The translations under genes and the position numbers were made by a program. From assembly GCF_006345805.1 (NCBI RefSeq), contig NC_042998.1, forward strand, positions 148,738,001-148,802,000: a DNA stretch of 64,000 nucleotides. Direction: 5' to 3'. The DNA comes from Octopus sinensis. Taxonomy: Eukaryota. A model generated the notes under the pieces. It ran no database searches. It had not been told where the DNA came from and was given only the letters and a program-made list of their open reading frames with translations. Of this stretch, positions 52,571 through 64,000 are shown piece after piece (position 1 is the stretch's first letter; every line of letters begins with the position of its first letter).

Positions 52571-53037
52571 TTCATATAAGCAAAAATAAAAGGAAAAAAA
52601 ATTGAAAAGGAAACACAAACAGTTCATGAGGCACGAGAATGGTAAATGGGAAACATGGTAAATTTGCAGGGAATGTAATCACTTGGGTAATAAACTTTGA
52701 TGGAGACGAACTAAGCAGGTAGCTTCACTTGTTAGAAATAACAGTCAAATCTCACTCAAATCGTATTTTACCAACTTAAGACTGGATGATATGTTGGATT
52801 ATTTCTTTCTAGATTCATTATGTTTTGAGATTCGGACTGAATAGTCATGGCTGGAATATCTGTGATCATAACTGCACACACGTCTGAACTTGTGCTAAGC
52901 AACAACGATAACAGTTTTCGTTAAGCAGAATTACCAAACCTGATTAGTAACTGATGTGAATATTGAAAGAACTTTTTCAGGGGCAACATATTCTACACAC
53001 TATCTACAGAAACAAACACACCGTAAAAAGACAAAAA

Positions 53038-53076
<39 letters not shown>

Positions 53077-53861
53077 GGGGGGAGAAGATTAACACAGCAA
53101 CCAACATTGCAACATTGCACTTTCGCTAGCTTTCTACTGACATACTGACACAGACCAATGGAAATGGTAAAGTTCTTGTTATTTCTTCGGAGAGAATTTA
53201 AACTGGAATTGTTGTGTTGTTTTCCAATATATTGCTGCGGGTCAAACCATTTACAACCGGGGTCAAGAGAAGCGTTTACGTTATCGGCGACCATATTAAC
53301 AACAAGTGATATTGCATTGTTGATGTGGCATGGAAATATCTAACACGCATGGTAACTTCTGATTTATTACCATTGCATGGACGTGTTTATTTTTCTTCAA
53401 TTATCATTGGACAGCACAGCAACTGCTATCGATCAGAGTAAAAGGAACTCAACACGAAAATATACTGACCTTCTCCGCAACAAGATTAACAGTTTAAAGG
53501 ATAACATCAGAAACTTGCTCTCTATCGTGAAGAATAAAATGTAAAACAAATTCGTTAGACTGCGATTCTGAATTAAAGATAGATTCCTTAAAATATACAG
53601 AATCGAATATACAGAATCTTTCAAATATATTGACCTTCAGACAAGGAAACTCAAGAAAAAAAGGTAATAAAATAAAAATAATAATCACTTAACTGCAGGT
53701 TCGCTACAAATTCTTCAAACTGTGGATAGCAGAATAAAAGAAAAACTATCGTTCTATCGTGACCAAATATCTGGAAGCATTCTGAAGAAGTCTGTAGAAT
53801 GTAATAAATAACATTACCACTATCTAGCATGGCTAAACAATCTTGGAAGTTAACAATACGA

Positions 53862-53947
<86 letters not shown>

Positions 53948-53949
53948 TG

Positions 53950-54028
<79 letters not shown>

Positions 54029-54944
54029 CAACAATAATCTAAAATAAAGAAAGATACCCATAGCTAAGACGCGAATGTTTTCATTGCAAGTTGTCGAAAA
54101 TTAGAGGAACCTAATATCACGGAAGAGAGAACTGATATTAGATTCAGATAAGGTTCTGTATAACGACTATCAGCAACCTTTTACAAGTAAACATGGTATA
54201 GAAATGTAGGTTATTGAGAATAAGCTGCACACAAGTAAGACTACTGACTAGGAACAGAGAAAGAAAATTATTTAGCAGTAAACTACAAGACATTCATGTG
54301 TAAATATAAGGTATAATGTTTTTGTATTGGTTTTGCAAGATTCTTGATGTGGAAACATGTGTTATTGTACTTTGGTAGGGTCATACAGCAAATTAAAGCA
54401 TACGAACTGGTTATGCTTCACTTCAGTTTTATTAACAATTAATTAGATAAACAATTGATAAAGGAAAAATGAATAAACTATTTGATTAATTAGTGTGTAA
54501 AAGTTCTTTCGTCACAATCTCTGATGCTATCAACTATGATGTGCTTCTTTTACACAATCTCTGTGATCGTCACCGATAAGATCACAAGCTGTGACGAAAG
54601 CATTTTGACAAACGATCAATTAATTAGAAAATTTGTTTATTTATAAAGAAATTACCTAATTAATTGATAATAGAACGGAAGGTAAATGAAGCTAGTGCAT
54701 GAGTTTGAATTCGTAGAATGACTTTCCTAAAGCGCAATAACATAAGGTAGAATATTTGTAGAAACTCAAAGCTGAAACAGCATAGGAAGAGCTGAGGAGG
54801 TGTATAGCAGGAGTTTCTTACTGTTGCTAGGACTCAGCTATTTCTTATGTGAATAATTGAAACATGACTTAATGAGGATTAATTGAAAATGTAAGTATAG
54901 ATGTACAGTTACAGTGATTTTCTACTGAAATAACGTGAACGGTA

Positions 54945-55355
54945 TTTCGTCATTGCTGTGATGTAAACTGGAACCTACTGATTTGCTCGCGGGCCCAATT
55001 AATTGCGTTATGAACGAATCAGTGATTTATGTCCTGCTATTTCAACAGACGTGCTTCATCACTGATACACCATACAGAGTCCAGACACAAGCCTATTCAA
55101 CTTTGTTGCTGCACATAGTATATGGTACACTCTACGCACGTGGTCAACTTTTTATCTGTACGTTATCGTCAAAAAAATAGGTTATAGCACATATAAGAAT
55201 ATTTGAAGAATGAAAATTCATCACTTTCCAGTTTATCTTCACATAAAAACATATAATAAAAAATTTGTCGCATGATACATTTATGTGTATTCACAAGCAC
55301 ATACAGACTCGCAAGTACACGCGTACACACACACGCACACGCACGCACACACACA

Positions 55356-55406
<51 letters not shown>

Positions 55407-56402
55407 GATGTATATGTGTATATGTGCATGTATGTCATTATTCAGTTTATTTCAAGGCGAGGAACTGGCAGGAACATTAGCACGCTGGCCAAGATGCTTA
55501 GCGGTAGTTCAAATTCCGCCGAGGTCGACTTTGCCTTTAATCCTTTCGGGGTCGATAAATTAAGTACCAGTTGCATACTGGGGTCGATCTAATCGACTGG
55601 CCCCTCACCAAAATTTTCGGGCCTTGTGCCTGGAGTAGAAAGGATTATTCAATTTATTTCAAGATTTCTTGCTAATAGAGAAAGAAACGGTTTGTAACCT
55701 AGATCCAAGCCTCCTTCGTTGGAATTTCAACATCAACAACAGGGTATTTTTGCTTGTTTGTTTGTTTGTTTGTTTGTTTGTTTGTTTATTTGTTTGTTTG
55801 TTTGTTTGTTTGTTTGTATGCATGTATGTACACACTCATACACACACAAACAAACAATCATATATATACTTTCTTTGAAGCAGAACATTGCGTCCACTCT
55901 TCAATAATATCATAGTATCTTCCGGTTAACATTGATCTACGTCAAAACTGGTTCTCGTTTATATAAACTGCCCTATTTTTCACTTCTACCTGGATACACA
56001 AGCAATATTTTACACTCAAATATATCAAAGAAGAGGCACTATCTGCGACGGTAATCCCACCAGGATAATCCCTTTCCTAAACGTGAACACATATAGCACA
56101 CAAACTCCACACACAAAAGAAATATGCCCCAATGATGAACTAACTCAGCATATAAATATAAGAACACCACGCAGAGAACAAAAGCAAAACCATGCATACA
56201 AATTAACCACACAACAATTTTTCGTATACTATGTGCAGCAACAAAGTTGAATAGGCTTGTGTCTGGACTCTGTATGGTGTATCAGTGATGAAGCACGTCT
56301 GTTGAAATAGCAGAACATAAATCACTGATTCGTTCATAACGCAATTAATTGGGCCCGCGAGCAAATCAGTAGGTTCCAGTTTACATCACAGCAATGACGA
56401 AA
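54945..56402. repeat. Inverted repeat, 178-bp arms, 1.1-kb spacer
   Basis: 54945-55122 versus 56225-56402; one mismatch seen. Confidence 0.95.
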
Positions 56403-57468
56403 GGGAGACAAACATCTAAAGGATGCCAACCAAGAGTAACGTCCCTCCATTCACTGACTTACTGATTCACTTGATTCACTGATACAGTGTTTTATCCACG
56501 TGAATTTATGACAAGCCCCGTGAACTAAACGGGGCTGTGTTTTCCAAAATAGTGATCGGATTGAAAAATTGTTAAGACGCTAGGATATTTTCGTACTTTT
56601 CCTAACATGAAACCAATGGTAGTTTTAAATCACAAAATAGAAATTATATTCACCAATGCAGTGTTGAGAACTCATTTTCATCGTCCGACATTTACGTATA
56701 TGTATGTATGTATATATATATATATAATATTTTTATATCCACTCTGTCAATGTTATATGTGTGTATATACATACATATATAAAGCAAACACTCACAACAA
56801 ACTCACACGCACACGCACATACACACACACACAGGCACAAGCACACAGCATATACATATTATTCCAGATGTGTTCTAGCGATGCTTCTGTATATTTTAAA
56901 ATTTTCTAATGCTTATACTTTAATGAGTGTATAATTATATATTCTAAAAATGTCAGTAGCTGATGTGGCTGCGAAAGACTTCATTATTTTGATGTATTAA
57001 CCTTATTTTCTAGTCAGCATCTGGAAAATACTAAATATTTAATACTAAACAACCAACTTGAATTTACATACACTCTACGTTCGCTGCTAAGGTAAAATCG
57101 TGAAATACGTTTTGAAATATCGATCGCTGAGTGCAACAAAACAATATTTTCAGATAACGACGACGAAAAAGACTTGTAACGACATACAATATTTTTCCGC
57201 TCTAAGATAAAAATCTCCCTGTAAAGATATATACACACACACGTGCGCGCACACACACACACACGTGCACACACACACGCCCGCACACGCACATACACAT
57301 ATAGACATATAAATGTATATAAATATATATATGTATATATGTATATATGTATATATATATATATATATATATGTATGTACATATGTATGTATATATATAT
57401 ATATATATGTACATGTATATATATATAAACACTTATATATACACATACGCATGTATATACATGTGGGT

Positions 57469-57522
<54 letters not shown>

Positions 57523-57769
57523 CATATATACATATATGTGTGAGTATATGTGTGTGTGTATAATTGTTCTGGTTTTTTTTTGTATAAAAACATGTGAGCA
57601 GTAATGAGTGGGTGTATATGTTCTGCTTTTGTGTTTAATTTATATTTGCATGTAGGTTCGTATTAGGTGTGTTTCTCTGTTATCGTGCATGTAGCTACGC
57701 ATACATTTCTGTAATTTGTTATGTTGGTGTTTACATGTTGTATTTTCTTCGTATGTATATAAGTATGAA

Positions 57770-57803
<34 letters not shown>

Positions 57804-57848
57804 CTGTATGTGTGTATGTGTGTGTATACATATGTGTGTATACGTATG

Positions 57849-57883
<35 letters not shown>

Positions 57884-58424
57884 GTATATTTATGAATAGC
57901 TGTCGAGAAATCTATCTGTCTAATGATCTATCTATCTATCTATCTGTCTTTGAAGCTGTCTCTGTCCCTCCCCCCCACACACACATACATACATATACAT
58001 GTATATAGATATAGATAGGTAATTGGATAGATAACTAGATAACTAGATAAATAGATAGATGACTCTATATGAATACATTTTCATATACAGGAATTTTTTA
58101 TTCACTGTGTATTATATGCATACGATATATATGTATATAAGTATATTTGTTTATGAGTGTATACCCGCGCGCACGTACACGCACACATACACACACGCGC
58201 ACATGTTCATATCAATATTCTTTCTCGTTCACTCTCACACTTACTCATATAGGAATATACATATATTTGTGTGTACATAGCAAACATCAGCAAACCCATA
58301 AAAAATTATGAAAACTAGAATTAAGAATACTTTTCCGGAAAATTCTAAGAACCTAATGTTACCACATAAGTGATGAAACTATGGCTGAAAATAAATATAT
58401 AAATGTATGAATAAATATATGCGT

Positions 58425-60558
58425 AAAAATATACCAAACTGGAAAAGACCAGGCGCGGATGGAGTACAAGGTTGTTAGCTGAAGATTCTACACTGTTGCA
58501 TGAAAGGATCGCAGCACACCTTCATGAATGCCTGCAGCAAGCACATATCCCTACCTAGATGACATATGGACAAAAGCTGTTATGTCCCAAAGATCCCTTG
58601 AAAGGTAAATTGGGGTCAAACGGTGGACTTATAATCTGTTTACCACTTATGTGGAAGCTTATAACTGGTGTCTTGGAGGAAAAGTCATCTGGAATGTAAC
58701 AATTTATTTCCAATGGAACAGAAAGAATGCAGGAAGCAAAGCAGGGCTACTAAAGACCAGTTATTAGTTGATAAAATAATAATTAGAAATTGCAGACGCT
58801 GGTTGAGGGGTTTGGACGTAGCATTGGGTGGATTACAGAAAAGTATATGATATAGTACCATATAGTTGGATAAGTAAAATAATGTTTGGAGAGGCAGAAA
58901 TATGGAGAAAATGGTTAATGAACGTATAGAACTTTGGAATACTGAATTGATTGAAAAAAAACAAAGACTTGAGGAAGTGAACGTCAGACGTGGTATATTT
59001 CAAGGTGATAGTTTATCTCTGTTACTTGTATTGGTCATGATACTGCTTAGTTTGATGTTATGGGAAGTCAAAATATTTATGATTTGGGAAGATAAATCAT
59101 AATTTTATGAATGATATAATGCTTTATGCAAAATATGAGCAGCAGCTTGAAAGTGTTGTACATACTTCGCATTTTCTTAAATGATATACTTTGGGTATGG
59201 AATTCTGAATTGAAAAGTGCACTATATTGTTAATGAAATGGAGAATATTTGAAGGAAGCCAAGGAAGTAAAATGCCAAATGGGCAAACAATGAAAGCAGT
59301 TGAGAAAGGATTGTGGTATTGGTCTTCAGGAATACTGGATGAAGAGGAAATAAAACATGAAGAGATGAAACAAATTACATGTAGGAAGTATACAAGAAGA
59401 GTCAGAAAAATATAAGTCAAGGTTGGATTTTAAAAATGCTATTGGAGCGGTAAATGCAAGGGTACTGCCTGTTATCAGATATAGAGCTGGAATTGTAGGG
59501 TAGACGAAAAGCGACAAAAACTTGAAAGGGATATTAGAAAACTGTTGACTATGTATGGAGTCCACTATCCAAAAGTTGATATTAACTGGTTGTACTTGAA
59601 GAGCAACTGGTTGTACTTGAAGAAAGTTAAATGCTGTGGAAGAGGTGATCAAGTGTAGAGTAGGAGAAAAGGACAAAAATGAAATTCAAAGAGAGCATGT
59701 TAAGCAGATTCATGAGACACGTCTGACGGTTAGTTTTGGAAAGACACTAGAGATGTATGTGGAACAAAAACCTGGACTTGGTTGAAATAAAGGGCAATTG
59801 AAAAAAGAAAGGGCATTCTTATAGCAGTTGAAGATCAAGCGTTAAAAACCAACAAGTTGAGAAAATATGTATATGGGGAGAAGGGGTCTTCAAAATGTAA
59901 GGTAAGTAGAATGCTGGATGAATTAATGCCACACATTGTTGCAGATGTCTCAACTTGGTTCAGGAACAAACGGTGGAAATAGATTTGAATAGAAGAAATA
60001 GAGGTATGACCAAGTTGTGAAAGTGCTTCATTGAAGAGTTTTGTCAGAAATGGGGTTTGAAACTGGTTGTACTTGGAATAATTCATCATGCTTGAATCGG
60101 AAAAATGCAAAATTATATGGGATTTTCCAATTCAAACGGATGAGAAGATAAAAAAAAACAATACACCAGATATAATGATAATAGACAAGGAAATGCGAAT
60201 TTGCTGACTGATTGAGTCATCATGTCCCTTTGATTTCATAATTGTGAAGAAAGACGAAGAATTAAAAAATACAATCGCTTAAAATTTGAAATCGAAAGAA
60301 TTTGGAATATGAAAACTGTAAAGGTTGTGCCTGTAATTATTGGTGCATTAGGAACTATGAAGTATGATACAGACAAATGGTGGAAGGAGATTAGAATGGA
60401 ATGTCCTATAGACCATCTACAGAAATTTTGTGACTTAGGAACAGGAAAGGTTATCACTTGAAAGATTTTTGAAAGCTTGTGAATATCTAAGGTTACATGT
60501 ACTAACCCGCTACCCGCATAAATTTAACCGGGAATACGACCAGTTCTGAATAAAGTCG
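58425..60558 (+). mobile_element. R4/Dong-type LINE, heavily decayed
   Basis: [59 protein letters not shown], all in broken frames. Confidence 0.85.
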
Positions 60559-60627
<69 letters not shown>

Positions 60628-60636
60628 ATAATAATA

Positions 60637-60707
<71 letters not shown>

Positions 60708-60709
<2 letters not shown>

Positions 60710-62744
60710 GGTTCAGCAAAGGCTGAACAAGCACCTGGACGAAAACAAACTGTTCCCAGAAGAGCGGAAAGGATGCCACAAAGGCTCATATGGCTGTAAA
60801 GATCGACTAATGATTAATAAAGCCATAACTGAAGACAGCCACAGAAAGAAGAAGGGCCTCAGTATGGCCTGGATCGACTACAAAAAGGCGCTTGATAGCA
60901 TCCCCCACACATGGATCCTCGAAACACTAGCCATTAACAAAGTAGCACCAACAATCATAAAATTCATAAAGCACTCTATGAATAAATGGCAAACAGTCCT
61001 ACACCTCCAAACAAAAGAGGGACTCATGAAAACCAAAGACATCCCCATTAGAAGAGGAATATTCCAGGGAGACACGCTCTCTCCACTCCTTTTCTGCTTG
61101 GCACTGTCACCTCTATCTGATATACTAAATAGAACTGGATGCGGATATAAATGTTACGGCAAAACGATCAGCCACCTTTTATATATGGATGACCTAAAAC
61201 TATACGCTGCAAATGACAAACAGCTGGAAACACTATTAAAGACAGTTCATGGATTTACCAAAAAAATAGATATGAAATTTGGATTAGAAAAATGCGGCAA
61301 AGTAACCATGAAAAGAGGAAAACTAGTTAAGAGTAACAATATCACACTAGATAAAACCAATGAAATAAAAGAATTAGACCAAAGCCAAACTTACAAATAC
61401 TTAGGAATCCATGAACTAGATAAGACACAACACACACAAATGAAAGAGAAAATAAAAAAAGAATATTATAGACGAGTTTGATCAATACTAAAAACAGAGC
61501 TCAATGCTAAAATCAAGATAATAGGTATCAACACTTTAGCTGTCCCAGTTATAAGTTACAGCTACAATATCCTTAACTGGACACGAAATGAACTGTCCAA
61601 AATAGATAGGAAAACAAGAAAAATAATGACAGGATCTAGGATGCATCACCCAAAATCTGACATAGAAAGACTATATATACAACGTATAGAAGGTGGTAGA
61701 GGCCTTATACAGCTGGAAAACTACTATAAAATAACCACCATAGGACTGCAAAAATACCTACTTCAGAAGGAAGGAAAACTGATCCAGATAGCAGCAAAAC
61801 ACGAGCAAAACAAAAAACTGTTCTCAGTATTTAAGGAAGCTGACAAATACAAACAAGAAATCATACCACCTAATAAACATGAAGAAGAAGAAGATGATGA
61901 TGAAGAAACAACAAAAGCTATAAAACAAATGAAATCCAAACTAAAAATAGAACAGCAACGAGCCATGATAAAACGATGGCAAGAAAAGCCCCTTCATGGT
62001 AAATACTGGACTAAACTAAACGCAAAAGAAATAGACAAAGAAAAATCCCAGAAATGGTTGAGAAGCTCAGGACTCAAAGCAGAAACAGAGGGATTTTTAA
62101 TTGCAGCACAAGACCAAAGCCTCCCCACCAGAAATTACCAAAAACATGTAATGAAAAGAAATATTACAAGTAACTGCAGAATATGTGGAGATGGACAAGA
62201 AACAATAAATCATATTATCTCTAGCTGCCCAGTCCTGGGTAAGAAGGAATATATTCACAGACATGACAGAGTTGGAACCTACATACATTGGAAGCTATGC
62301 CAACATTATGGAATAACAACAGAAAAAAGATGGTATAGGCACACACCAGAAAAGGTCACAGAAAACGAGAAAGCAACCATACTCTGGGATATGCCGATAC
62401 ACACAGATAGAGAAATTAAGGCCAACAGACCAGATATAGTTGTCAGAGATCATGAAGAAAAAAAATGCTTTCTAATTGATGTATCAATACCGGCAGATGA
62501 CAACGTGTCTCTAAAAGAAATGGAGAAACTCTCAAAATACAAAGACCTGGAAATAGAGGTAACTAGAATGTGGAATCTGAAAACAGAAACAATTCCTATC
62601 ATAGTGGGTGCATTAGGCATGATAAAAAAATATTCAGACAAATACATAACAAAAACACCAGGACTTACAAACACATATAACATACAGAAAATTGCACTAC
62701 TAGGCACTGCACACATCCTACGCAGAACACTTTCCATACAATAA
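60708..62744 (+). pseudogene. R4/Dong-type RT-CCHC-RLE frame, 5'-truncated, one nonsense codon
   Basis: ORFs 60810-61481 and 61626-62744 are one frame separated by TGA at 61479-61481 (RRV*SILK versus RRVRAVLK in the 10556 copy). YMDD, CRIC..H..C, RHD and RPDIV..LID are intact. The element spans about 60709-62845 between (TAA)n arrays. Confidence 0.93.
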
Positions 62745-62844
62745 CCATCAGAGCATCACAACAAATCACAGCACATACCCAAGGCACACAGAGCTGCGCT
62801 CGGTAGTGAAGTGAAAGCACGCTATAAAAATAAAACTACTGAAT

Positions 62845-62937
<93 letters not shown>

Positions 62938-63214
62938 AGTAATATGCTAATTTGTTCTTTTTGTACGAAGCGAGTGTCAAAGCGAGAGATAGGCGGACAG
63001 AGAGGGAGTAAGAGAGAAAGAGAGAGAGAGAGAGTGAGAGAAAAAGAGTGTGAAGAGAAAGCGAGAAAGAGAGAGGGAGTGACAGCGATAGTGACTGGTG
63101 ACAGCGTTCGTTTTGTGTTCTTAAATGTTTATCCCATCGCTAGAAAAGTAGATACATAGATCCAAAGAAAAGTTAGTAATAGACACATAGACACAGCAAA
63201 TATTGGATGTCATT

Positions 63215-64000
63215 TTCACTTTTCAATACCACACGAGGATAAACTTAATTCGCAAGTGGCTGTGTACTCTACAGACATGCATATTATTAACGCAGTTCTT
63301 AGGGAGATTCAGCTCCACACAGAATATGACATGGTTGGCCCCTGTGACTTACAGCTACAACTCATTTTGGCCAGCTGGGTGGACTGGAGCAAGATAAACA
63401 TTCAAATGATTGGAAGAAAACGACAAAAGATCCTATATAGGGACAGGAAAATCTTTTTAGTCGTTAGGATCACTGTGGGTGTTAATCCGGTCATAACAGC
63501 GACATTTGTGGGTCTCACAGATCTGGAGGCCAAGCCTCCAGATAAACATCAATGTGCAGGCTGTTGTTATCAAACTGAGTGTGAGTCGAAGGCAAACAGA
63601 CGGCGGAATAGCAATTATTTCGTCTTAGTTTTCACTGCTTATACTAAACATATGACATTTTTGACTTACGATATGGATCATTTCCTTTTCTTTCACTCTT
63701 TTTAAAAAATGGCACTCCATCGGTTACGACGACAAGGTTCCTGTTTATCTGATCAACGAAGAGTCTGCTCGTAAGATTAACGCGCAAGTGGCTGATAATC
63801 CACAGACATGCATACCATAAGGTAGTTCTCAGGGAGACTCAGCTTCACACAGAATGTGACAGGGCTGGCCCCCTTGAATTACAACTACAACTCATTTTTG
63901 CCATCTGCAGCAAGGTGAAGTAGAGTACCTTGCTCAAAAAAACAGTGCGTCGCAAGGAATGATATTCGCGACTTTACGATCGGGGCCGAATACCCCTAAC
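63215..64000 (-). mobile_element. Two related SINE-like copies
   Basis: 63250-63380 and 63783-63905 align (gcaagtggctg..acagacatgcat..cagctacaactcatttt). The second runs off the window. Confidence 0.65.

Noticed and set aside
56514-56536. GC hairpin agccccg/cggggct as a Helitron end or terminator
   Set aside because: No CTRR end follows, and there is no bacterial context.

Overview
AT-rich, microsatellite-saturated eukaryotic DNA. The SINE families and repeat style suggest an octopus (cephalopod) genome; this is inferred, not searched. There is one 100-N gap and no host gene can be called with confidence. Almost all ORFs in the supplied track are translations of (TA)n, (CA)n, (TATG)n, (TATC)n or (TAA)n repeats. 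Real coding remnants are all transposon-derived: six R4/Dong-type non-LTR retrotransposon pieces (RT, CCHC knuckle, restriction-like endonuclease) stacked in TAA arrays, one of them with only a single nonsense mutation; a decayed Gypsy gag-pol; three mariner pieces; a DD41D-type Tc1/mariner element; and RTE and CR1 fragments. The main signal not shown by the ORF track is about ten type I hammerhead-ribozyme motifs from several unrelated sequence families, mostly with a palindromic stem III, as known for Penelope-like elements and retrozymes. They include a complete-core ribozyme in a 503-nt partially tandem unit (3920-4586), a two-copy family with a compensatory U3-A8 core (UUGAAAA), and one at the hinge of a 200-bp fold-back. 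All folds were paired by eye and none has been tested. Two long duplications look like assembly artefacts. A candidate promoter (CCAAT, CRE) lies near 52.0 kb.
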